Shown here one piece after another: positions 1 to 12,266 of a stretch of DNA of 64,000 nucleotides. Source of the DNA: Tubulanus polymorphus. Taxonomy: Eukaryota > Animalia > Nemertea. Position 1 is the first letter of the stretch. Each line of letters starts with the position of its first letter. Location: positions 3,472,001 to 3,536,000 of the forward strand of contig NC_134031.1 of the NCBI RefSeq assembly GCF_964204645.1, written 5' to 3'. A program made the position numbers and the translations under genes. The notes under the pieces are model-generated. The model worked only from the letters and a program-made list of their open reading frames with translations, did not search any database and was not told where the DNA came from.

Positions 1-689
1 GTGTCCTGTTCAGTGTGGTGAATAGCTGTACCTTCTTCAATTAAGATTAGACAATTTACATAAAGACATTGATTACGAGGTCTTAGTCGAACGTTGCTAC
101 AGGGATACTTTATTAATATTCTGAGAGTTATTAACACTCTGTACAGACTGAAACTATAGATAATAGTATTACAATAATTATATTATCCCTGCAGCAACAT
201 TCGAAGTCTATGATGATATGATTTTATACCAACTTTATATTAATGTTAACAAAATATTGGATTGCAAAACTGCAATTTGAAATTTACTGTAGTTAATGCC
301 TTACAATGCATTACTCTAGAAAAAGCTGAAGAAAAAAAATAGGGATTTTTTTTCTTAGTATAGTATGGTATAGTATACCATTAGGGTTAGAAGAAGGGTC
401 CAAGTAAGATTTTAGGGTTTATATTAGAGATAGGGGGCCTATTTGTTTGGGGATCTTTCGTGATCTAATCATACTTATTAATTCAATAATTATTCACCTA
501 ATTAGATCAATAATTATACACCTAATTAAGGCAGAGAGACCAAATCTAATCAGGTGTTTGGAACTAGGTCCAGAATATATGGCATGGGATACTCTGGGTT
601 TGAAACCATAACCTTGGTATCTACGAGTTAAAACAATCCGGCAAGACCACCCTGAAATTAATTCAATATTATTTCATCTTTATTTTCAG

Positions 690-3600
690 CCTCTTCGACT
701 GGATATTAAGCGTAAGTTGTCAGCTCGGTCTGACCGAGTAAAATGTGTTGATCTTCACCCTAGTGAACCGTGGATGTTGGCTAGTTTGTACAACGGTAAC
801 GTTCACATCTGGAATCATGAATCACAGGTAATTGAGAAGTGATAACTTTCTGTTGAAACTTGAAATTGCTCTAAACATTATATCCGGTAATTATATGGGC
901 GGATGATTAGAATATGTGGGCAGATTTCCAGCTGGGCCAAATTTTGAATTGGTATCTGAGAATTTTCAAATTTCACTCAATAAATTCATATATTACCCTT
1001 TCGACTGATGAATGAAAATGGAATTGCCGGTATATATTAGAAAATATGAACATTTGTGGATGGGACCAAAGCACTTCTTTATTTTCCTTTCAGCAATTGA
1101 TCAAATCGTTTGAAGTTTGTGATTTACCAGTACGTACTGCTAGGTTCATTGCCAGAAAAAATTGGGTCGTCACTGGATCGGTAAGTTCAAGTATTGATTT
1201 ATTTCGGAGCATATTTCATCCATCTCGTACTGCTCAAGCCTGTACAATTATATTGATATTTAGATTTTTTGTTGGCTGTAAAATGAAAAATTTCAGTATT
1301 TCACTGAGAGATGAGATTTTGCTAGTTAAATCCCAAACTGAATTTTCTGCTTTCCTGTAGATAATAAGATCCTCAATATTTCGAAGGTTTTTACTTGGTG
1401 TTTGGCCTGTAATGTTGGTGGGATTTTACAAGGCTTCCCAGTACTTTGGTTTCAAAATTGCATGTTGCCGCTGTTATTTTTCAGGATGATATGCAAGTTC
1501 GAGTGTTCAATTATAATACGCTAGAAAGAGTTCATCAATTTGAATCTCATTCTGATTATTTGAGGTGCATCGCGGTTCATCCAACGCAACCATACATTTT
1601 AACCAGTAGTGGTAAGTAATGCAGCTATCGTCATCTCTTATTGGTCAGTTAGGCCTTGTTGAAAATACTTGTTCATAGGCTAATAAAAATTGCTCTGAAA
1701 TGGACGTCATTTGGATTCATATTTCGTACTGTTAACTGAAATCTGTTATTCAAAGATTCGCGTATTGATTTTTGTACAGTTAACTGAATTGGCGGACAAT
1801 TGAAATTGATTAAAAATTTGATACAGTAATCTCGGCATTATTCGGCTTTCTCGTGTTATAGATGATATGTTGATCAAACTGTGGGATTGGGATAAGAAAT
1901 GGATCTGTACTCAAGTGTTTGAGGGTCATACTCATTACGTCATGCAGATCGTCATCAATCCGAAAGATAACAATACGTTCGCCAGCGCTTCACTCGACAG
2001 AACTGTGAAGGTAACTAAACTGATATATTTGAGGTTTCCATTTCACAACTTAGGTTTTGATAAAAAATGTGTTATTTAGCCATTAGCCTATAGCTGCTGA
2101 AATAATGAATTCCTTAGATATTGTAATATATAGTGTCTGCAGTGAATGATGTAATTTTCGATTGTATTTATTTGTTCGTAGGTATGGCAGCTCGGTTCAC
2201 CGACGCCGAACTTTACCCTTGAAGGACACGAAAAGGGTGTGAACTGCGTTGATTATTACAGCGGAGGTGATAAACCCTACCTGATCTCCGGTGCAGATGA
2301 CCGTCTCGTGAAGATCTGGGATTATCAGGTATGTGCCATCACATATTCACATTTATGAAATATATGCACTTCAATCGCATAACTACTTAGCTATAGAAAT
2401 GCAATACTTTATTCGCTTAGTGGAAAGAAATTTTGTCAACATTTAAGTCATAAATTCGACTGGAAGTCATGAAATTGGGGCAAACAAAATTTGTTAAATT
2501 CATAAATCCTTTCGGTAATTAGGCCTATGGGTCTTCATACATGAAATCAGATATTTGATTATCACCAGATATTTGAACTTCATATTTTGTTTGCATGAAA
2601 ATTTTATACCCCCAATTTAGTGTTTTGTTTCATGTCTTGAATTCATGTAAGAAGTGCTAAACATAGGTAGACAATACAATTAAGACGAAATGTACTTTGT
2701 GAATTTTCAGAATAAAACCTGCGTACAGACTCTGGAGGGCCATGCCCAGAACATATCGGCAGTGGCATTCCATCCGGAATTACCGATTATTATGACTGGA
2801 TCCGAGGACGGTATGCAGAAAAAATCTTGACATTAAGTTTAAAAAATGTGATAATTCTTTTGAAAATACCTATATATTTGCGTTGTGGTTGTTTCAGGCA
2901 CGGTGAGAATCTGGCACGCGAACACGTATCGTTTGGAAAGTACGTTGAACTACGGATTGGAACGCGTCTGGGCGATCGGTTGTCATAAAGGATCGAACAA
3001 CGTCGGTCTCGGATACGACGAAGGCAGCATCATGATCAAGGTACGAATTGTGCATAGAAAAAGAGATTAGAACTATTTTGTTGCTTCATTCTTGTGAGAA
3101 GTGCTTCTTTCTTGTAAAAAGTAAGACATGTTGGTTGATAAATTCAGTAGACACCTTTAAACTAGAATCCATCGGGATAGGTGATTTTTGTTAGCATTAC
3201 TCTCACTTGAGTTATAAACCAACGATGGACTGATATTCTATCATGATAAAATTGTTCTAAGATTTCTTTTTGAACTAATTGATAATTCAAATTTAGACGA
3301 GTATACTGTATATACCTAGGATACAAGAACTCAATCGAGTTTGATTTAGGTTTGAGCTCTTTGCCAAGTCGATAAACTGTTTTAAAATATTACAATCATG
3401 GCATGGGCTTGTTTGTTTTTTATTTAGCTCGGCAGAGAAGAACCGGCGATGTCGATGGACAACAGCGGTAAGATTATCTGGGCTAAACACGCCGAGGTGC
3501 AACAGGCGAACATCAAAGCTCTCGCCGATCAGGAGATCAAAGACGGCGAACGTTTACCACTGGCGGTGAAAGATATGGGAAGTTGTGAGATTTACCCGCA

Positions 3601-6600
3601 GACTATCGCTCATAATCCTAATGGCAGGTATGTGTTGAATTGTGACAATCAAGTTTTCAATGAGGATCTGCCAGATTCTCTATTAGTTATTCAGTTATCT
3701 GTGCTTTAATTTCAATACTATGGTACACTGGTGGGCCTACATAACTAATCTTTGGAAACGTGTACATGTATATGACAACATAAAAATCCGTGAACCTAGA
3801 AATCCAGTTGAAAGGCGATAGAAAATGAATTTATATAACCAGCATAAAACCGACTGTTAAAGACCCCATAGAATGTTTCAAAGTATCTCGTTAAATTTTC
3901 CATGCCTGTGCATCTGGATCCGATTCCAACAGTTGTGAGAGTTGAGAGTAAACTATTGAGTTGAGTTCAAATGAATTCATTTCCAATGTTGTTAGTCAAA
4001 TCTTAGAACTCTGGAACTGAGTCCTGCATAGTTGAAATTGAATCGAGATAGATTCGAGTAGGAAATAGATTTTATCAAAAGATGAAAGATATTATTGATG
4101 TTGAGCATGTTGTTTTATTTACACTATTAATGACACCATAAAATGTTAGAATTTAAATCTGCTTAGTTAAATTCAAATCTAGATAACTACCTGTAGGAGA
4201 TAGATTTTAGTAAAACTGAAGTTGCTGTGGAAATTGAGAGTGTTTGTTTTATTTCCATGTGAAGGTTTGTAGTTGTGTGCGGAGACGGTGAATATATCAT
4301 CTATACAGCGATGGCTTTGAGAAATAAAAGTTTTGGTTCGGCTCAAGAGTTCGTCTGGTCGCAGGACTCGTCCGTCTACGCAATACGCGAAGGCAGCAGC
4401 ATGGTGAAAATATTCAAGAATTTCAAGGAACAAAAATCGTTCAAGCCAGACTTTGGCGCTGAAGGTACGGTAGAGTTTGCTTCGGATTACTTGGGACTGA
4501 TGAAAATTAGATTAAGCAGGCTTGACTTAACAAATTTACGATCTTTATCTAAGAAGGATTTTAAGCTATCTTTTGAGCTTGATTCCACCATAAACTGTTA
4601 ATTCAAACAATATATTTCCTGTTAGAGCTTTCTAATTTTGGACTCCTGTTTCACTCTAAGCCTTTAACTCCATCCAATGACTTTCAGTAGGACTTTGATT
4701 GACTCTATAGTTATTTATAAGACTCAGCGTTTTATTTGACAGGTATATTCGGTGGTTTTATGCTCGGCGTCAGGTCGGTGAGCGGTTTAGCGTTCTACGA
4801 ATGGGAAACGACAGATCTAGTCAGACGTATCGAAATTACTCCGAAAAATGTAAGTGAACCTCTCTGTACTTCTCTAGTCACAAGAATTATCTCACTTTCT
4901 CGAATTTTCATTTTGGAATCTTCGATTGAATCATTCGATTGTGTCTTTATTTTGAAAGGTTTTCTGGAATGATAGCGGTGAGTTGTTATGCATCGCGACT
5001 GAAGAGTCGTTTTATATTCTGAAATACAGCAGCGAAGCCGTCGATCAGGCTAAAGAGACTAAAGAGGGCGTTACCGAGGACGGTATCGAAAATGCTTTCG
5101 ACGTAAGTTTATTTCATCAAAGGTTAACACATTGCATCATTGTCGTTCTGTTGAATGTTCTAAATGATTATTGGTCGAATGTTTTTTGATTGACAGGTGA
5201 TTGGTGAAATTGAAGAAACCGTTAAGACCGGTATTTGGGTCGGCGATTGTTTTATTTATACGAACAGCGTGAATAGATTGAATTACTACGTCGGAGGTGA
5301 AATAGTAACAGTCGCTCATTTAGACAGGTCAGTTTGAGCCTCTCAGTTTAACATATATTTTAAGTTAGTTTGAAGTTATTTGGGTCCAAATGATCAGAGA
5401 TTCTAACTTCTCAAACACCCTTTTCAAAATTGACCTCAGTCTTTCAATAGTACTTAATTAAAACTGTGAACTGTCAACTGGTAACAATTTTCCTTTCTGT
5501 GTTCTCCAAACGAAATTAGAAATAAGAATTTCTGCTTACTGGGTGCTAAAGAAATGAGAAGGGTGTCACTAAGGTCTCATTTTAAAAAGTTGCAGAAAAA
5601 TTACGATGAAAAGTTGCAGAAAACATTTTTCAACCGCTGGCACTTCGACAAGTACCCAATAGTAGAGATCAGACAAAAATATTTAACATTAAAGAACAAC
5701 TCTAAATTATTATAGAATTATTTTTAAGGACCTTTCCTTGAATTTCCTCTCATTTCAAGGAATCACTCTAGAATTCATATTGTCCTAAATCTTATGTATT
5801 AAATCTATGCCCATGAAAATCTGGCAGCTAGTAACTTCAATGATATGAACGTGTGTTTACAGAGTGATGTATTTGTTGGGATATATACCGAAGGATAATC
5901 GTTTGTATCTCGGTGATAAAGAGTTGAACGTCGTCAGTTTCTCGTTACTGCTCTCCGTGCTCGAGTACCAGACGGCCGTCATGAGACGCGATTTCGAAAC
6001 GGCCGACAAAGTTCTACCGACGATTCCCCGCGAGCAACGAAGTCGAGTGGCGCATTTCTTGGAAAAGCAGGTATTTAAAAAATGACATTTAAAAATGTTG
6101 GCTTCAAAAATGGCCGCCTTCAATCCAGTTTAATAGACAAAGAGCAATTGGGAAACTCTTCGAAATTAGTTTTTCGTAAATCAGGGTGGGCAATGACCTG
6201 GAAAACTTGGAGTAAAAAAATCAGGGAAAATTCAAGGTATTTGTCAATTGTTACCAATACCAAACCCGCGGAAAGTGGCCACCCTGGAGTCGGGATTTAT
6301 TAATTCTTGGAGTGACTCCCACCACACTGTGTGATGGTTATGAAGGTTATTTTCTGAATGAAAAACTTCCATTTTCGTTTTTCTAGGGTTTTAAATCTCA
6401 AGCGCTCGCCGTCACCTGTGATCCCGAACATAAATTCGAACTAGCCATACAATTAGGAGAACTCAAAACAGCCTACACCATAGCCAAGGAAGCAGAGGTA
6501 AGTTACCGTCAAATCTGATACAGATTTTTGTTAATGAATACAAAATTCATGAAGTGTTGCTTTTCTTCCATAGTCGGAGCAGAAATGGAAGCAGTTAGCC

Positions 6601-9600
6601 GAACTGGCGACGTTGAAGTGTGAATTCGGTCTGGCGCAGGAATGTTTACACAACGCGCAGGATTTCGGCGGTCTTCTGCTACTAGCGACGTCTGCCGGTA
6701 ACGCCGAGATGGTAAACATGTTGGCGAACACATCGTCGGACTCCAGTCAAAATAACGTATCATTCCTATCATTCTTCCTTCTCGGAAAGTAAGTAAAATC
6801 AGGATGACCATTGAAAAAACTCAGGGAATTTGAAAAATCAGGGATTTTGACAAATTTTGGCGAAAACCTGAAAAAAACTCGAGGAATTTAGACATACAAT
6901 TTATTGACCGTGTGGTCTTTATTAATACACCAGTTATTTGACTTTGAAAAATCAATTACTTGTAATATTTTAAACAGACAAATCTCTCCATTCTCGTACA
7001 GAATGGAAAATTAGGAATTTGTAAATGGCAGAAAGTGGCTTCCCTGAAAATTCTTCAATGTCCATACATTCATACTGCAAGGTTATAACACGCTGTTTCT
7101 AGTACTAATCCGCTGTTTACTTTTTCTATACAGATTAGAGAAATGTCTTGAAGTTTTGATCAACTCGAACAGATTGCCTGAAGCTGCGTTTTTCGCGCGT
7201 ACTTATTTACCTAGTCAAGTATCCAGGTAATTTGTCTTATATATTGATGCCCTGGGTAGTGCTGAATGGGTTAAGAATCAGGGGCTGATTTACGGTAAGA
7301 AAATTGGAAAGCGGGGTTCCCCACCCGTGTTTAGATATTTTTGAAGGAATACATCCAAATGATGCCATTTCCAAGAAAGGGCAATCTCATTAGGAAGCAA
7401 GGGTCTGGACCCTAGAATCACTTCTGAGAGCCGTTTTTCAGGATATCGGACAGTTATCCTACTAGCTAAGCAAATCATGAATGCCTCTAGTTCATTGGCA
7501 GAAAATCTGCTTATAAGATAAAGAAAACTATAATTTTCAACCACAGTGATGTTGAGTAACTGATAATTTCAACTGTTACAGAGTTGTTGAATTGTGGCGT
7601 GTGGGTCTGGGTAAGATCAACCAGAAAGCGGCCCAGTCTCTCGCCGATCCGACCGAATACGAGAATTTATTCACCGGATTACAGGAAACATTCAAAACCG
7701 AACAGTACCTACGAAAAGAGCGTCAATCATTACAGCCGGCTGCGGCATGTTCAACAGTTCAGGTAAATACGTTATTAATCAATTAAGAGATGCATTTGTT
7801 CAGAGCAAACCGATTAGGTTAGCTGAAAATTCGCATTTGTATAGACTGGTTTGTGAACTAATTTGCTCAAACCTGCCATATTATTCATTTTGTCGTAAAC
7901 CTAAATGATTTGATTAAACTGACCAAACTGTTTAGGAGGAGCTGTTTGCTGGATTTAACTCAATCAAAATGGCAGCATATTCAGACGTAGAGAAGTTGTC
8001 ATCCGCCATCAAACTAAACCAAAAACCTTAATTGTTGCATTCATTTACATCTCATAAGCCGGTTTCAATTCTCTATAAACAGAGTAAACCTACCCCAAAT
8101 TGGTTTGTTACAAACACGCCCATTGAATACACTGACAAATGGATTACCTACTAAATAGAATTAGAAAATAAAGATGGCGACACTGTGTTTATCAGTGGGT
8201 AGCAGGCTATCAATTTTCCCTAAAAAGCTCCGGTACAAGGCAGTTGCTTTGGGATTCCATTTTGGTTGCGGGTTAGTTTTCGTTGCATTCTAAAATTCTT
8301 CATAATTTATTCTATTTTTTAGCCGAATCACGAGCGTAATCCGATGGAAGAGATGCAAAAAGCCGAAGAACTAGGACAATTCGTTTACGTACCGAATGCC
8401 GAAGACGAAAACGAAGAGGAAATCAACATGGATGAAATGTCCACGCCTCCCCCATCAATAGTATCGGTAAGTCATTGATCATTATCCATAGCTGAATATG
8501 ATTACTAAAAAAAACAGCCTAGTTAAATTCTACCCTATGCACTGATAGATTGAGTAGATTCCTGACTAAGTGTCTATCTCTGTAAATATTTTAGATAGTC
8601 TTGTATTTAACGCTAGTAAATTTAATTCATCTTCGGAATTTTAGGAAAATTAACATAATTCTGCCCCCTGCTGTGAGCAGAATAAATAACATCTTCCTTA
8701 AATGTGAATTGCTCGAGTCACGCATATTTATGCCCATTCATAATTTATTTCTGAATGCAACTTCCTTACTAAACAAATTGATGCATAGTAGGTGCTGGCA
8801 ACACTGTGTGAACTAGAATTAGATCAGTAACGCAGTAGAGATTGTATTTTAGGGTTTGATTTGACTTCTGTCATCAAAATTCACATAATTAATGACTTAA
8901 AAATGAATTCAAATTGGAAAAGTTTTTAACCAACTGCTGAGAAGAAAATCCTGAAATGTATCAGTTACTTATCATCGAATAGTAATAGTCCATATGAGTA
9001 GTCATCTCTTAAGCTTATTAGATGTTAGTACTACTGATCACTTTTACGGTTGAACTAAAAAATGATGTTCTTTTGAACCATTCTTTCAAATGTTGGAATG
9101 AAAATTATGATTTTCAGGATGACTCTATTGGTCCGGCTGAGTCTGATTCAGACGATAATATTAAAGAAATAGAGGTCCGTTTTACACCTCTTCAATTTTA
9201 ATTTATTTTATTCACTCTGGTAGTTCATATCACAAAATTGGCGAATTCATTCATGCGTTTAGCGTATAATCGGAAGATTTTATTTGCGCGAAACAATTTT
9301 GTGGTTTGTATAGCTTGAAGCTCGAGTGTAAATATTATGATAGGTTGCAAATATTTCAAGGCTGTTTTAATTGACCAGTTCTAACTCAAGCCTGTTGCAA
9401 AAAAGGTTGTCCAAAGTTAACTATTGGATAACTGTGACATTTTAAACTGGGATTTTAACTGTGGTATTTATACATTAGTTGACTTACCGAACCAAATTTT
9501 GAGCAGCTTTTATATAGTCTTTTAACGACCTCAGATCAGTCTCATTAAGACCATGTGCAATTCGCCCCACTGCACACTAGGGGCTGTGGTTGCTCAAAAG

Positions 9601-10200
9601 TTGTTTAAGGTTACCATCGGATAATTATTCGGTTAATTTTCACTATGTCAACTATGTACTGGTTAACTCTGACCAACCTTTCTACAGCTGCTGGCCCATG
9701 ATATTGAAGTAAAAGTTATAACTTGTTCATAAAACAGGCTTTCGTAATATTTGAAGTATGGTTATCTTGGTGAAGGGTTGGTAAACGGGAAACTACTGTA
9801 AGATTTTTCATCTAGTGATATTTCGCTTCGGTCAGGCTGTTGAGAATCTTTAACCAAAGCGCCCTCCCTGTGGCTTGGAAAGAGACATCATTTACAAGAA
9901 CTGTATACTTTCAGAAATCAGATAAAGAAAAAGAAACCGAGCGTCAAGAATCAGTGAAAGCAGTAACGCCTCCGAAACCACTTTCCGACGCTGCGAAACG
10001 TGTACAAGATTTAGAAAAAGAGCTAGAACTGGATTTAGATGATTTGAATTTAGACGATAATATTGATACATCGGTAAGAATTCGTAGATAATTTCCGGAA
10101 ACTTGCTTTCTTTTTTCATTATTTCTATTTCAAAAACGTATATCTTGTCTTTCTATTCTTTCAGGATGTAAATTTAGATGAAGATTTACTAGAGGACTAG
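690..10200 (+). CDS. COPB2: Coatomer subunit beta' (beta'-COP), about 21 exons in window; ATG-bearing first exon not located, probably upstream of the window
   Basis: Exon 690-827 reads [28 protein letters not shown] (beta'-COP N-terminus minus Met). WD40 exons [40 protein letters not shown] and [25 protein letters not shown]; solenoid exon [20 protein letters not shown]; last exon 10165-10200 [15 protein letters not shown] boundaries. Confidence 0.97.
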
Positions 10201-12266
10201 CTAATAGTAGCGCATAGCCGAACTTTGATGAACTTTTTCCAGAAGTGCTATAAATATTTAATATAAAGTATACCGAAAATGAAACGATTGTAAATATAAC
10301 TGTGTTGTCCGTGCGAGAAAAAAACTGCGTGTACGGGTACACCGATCAGGATGTCCAGTTTGAATGATTGAGAAGATGGGGATAGACTTGGTCTACGGAA
10401 AAAAGACGCCTCGATTATCGGGGATTAGTGCCTGAAACTGATTTGCTGTCGTCCACGAAACAGTCCCTGAAATTGTTCACTGTTTTTCCATGGAACAGTC
10501 TCCAAAAATGCCCTTCTGTCCCCCGATCGTAGGGATCGCTTCCTTAGAATACAAATTGTTTCCTTTTTCTTGCAGACCTGACTAATACTATCTATGAGTA
10601 GTAACTGTTAAAAAATTATCAAAAAATTACTCTCAAAATCAGAATTGTTTCTAGGTCATTTTCAATTGAACGACTATTTGCGTTGTCAAATTGTGTTGAT
10701 AACTGCTACAAATGGAAATCCTTTGTACCGATAATAAGGTCTGTTTCTTATTCCTGAAAATAACCCGAGTTATTGAAAACTCAGTTGGTAACTCTTACTG
10801 TTTCTACTGCTGTGATAGAATATATGCTTCAGCATTGAACCACGAGCAACTAACTGAAAATAGGCAGATATTTCATACACATCCCGTATTTATTTTGGTT
10901 CATTGGGTAATTTTCGATCTCTTCTGCTAGAAATCACGTGTCTATAAATCTTGAATTCTGAATTTGAATATACTACTCGAATGTACAATAGTCTGCGTGC
11001 GTACTTGCAATAATTTGTTGTATTTGATGAACTTTTTCACGTGAATGTCCTGTATTCCTTTAAATGGAAAAAACCTGATGGCGTATTTCTTTATTTTCTC
11101 ATCATTTTATTATTATATCGGTATATGGCTTTTTGCTGTGCATTGTTTCCGACTCTGGCACCGGACCGCTGCAGCTATGTTCCTTCCAAATTGTAGAATT
11201 ATTCGTCGAATCTTGATTCGCGCGATGTTTGACAACGATTCATAAAAGGCCGGGGGATTATTTGCGCCAGTGGTGTTTATCATTCATAAAAAACGTTTCG
11301 TCGTTTAAGAAAAGAATGTCGGTTCATGTGAAATATCATTCGAAATTGTACATATTACACATGTCATAATTATATTATAAATGTATTCATGTATACAAAA
11401 TACATTATATTTAACTATTGATAATCCTTTGGGTTGTTAAGTTCTTCATGTACCATTCATTGGCTAGCAGATTCAGATTTCAAGGGCCAACTTCGGTTAT
11501 CGGAGTAGGTGAAACTGAATGTCAGTTAGTCGGGTGGAACTATATTCCGGAAATAGTTCGGAAATCAAGCGCATTCGGTAATTAGTTCCAACCACTAGTC
11601 GATCGGCTAGCTAGGAAAACTGAATTTGGCCCAGGCTGTGCGCAATTGACCATTCCAGGAGCACGAGGGAACTGGTCTTCACTCGTTGGTTCGAGCTGCA
11701 GATGTTGGTTGCTTTTCAATTGAGGGGTTAAACTCGGCCCTGAATCCTCTAAGCAAATCAATGAAGACATTGTAACGTGTAGATGAAGATATATATTTAT
11801 AAAAATATACATTGCGTAAAGTGTAAATGCTAATCTCATTAAAATAAGTGACAAACAGGTGCACGGGCGGAAAAATCACGACAAAAATCTTCGTTACAAC
11901 AGATTATGAAAGCAGTTTAACCAACAAGCACTTAAAACTACAAATAACATTCAGCTTTAAGAGTTTCCAGAACAGACAGTTATGTTGAAATCTAAGTTCT
12001 CGAGGAAGATCTTCCTTAACAGGATTTGCTGGTCTTTTGAGTATTGGACAGCCTCGACCATCAACGACTTGACCTCTCAGTGAACTGAGAGGAAGGAATC
12101 TCTTGTTTGTTTTACTTTGGAGTAATCGGTCTGAATTCAAAGGATTCAGGTTTTACTAACTTTGAATTAAGGTTTTTAACTGGCATTCGCAAAGCAGTTC
12201 TTTCTTCAATAAAACCAGAATATTTAGCGTTGCACGCCTACATGATAACTCTGATCGGCTAATGAT

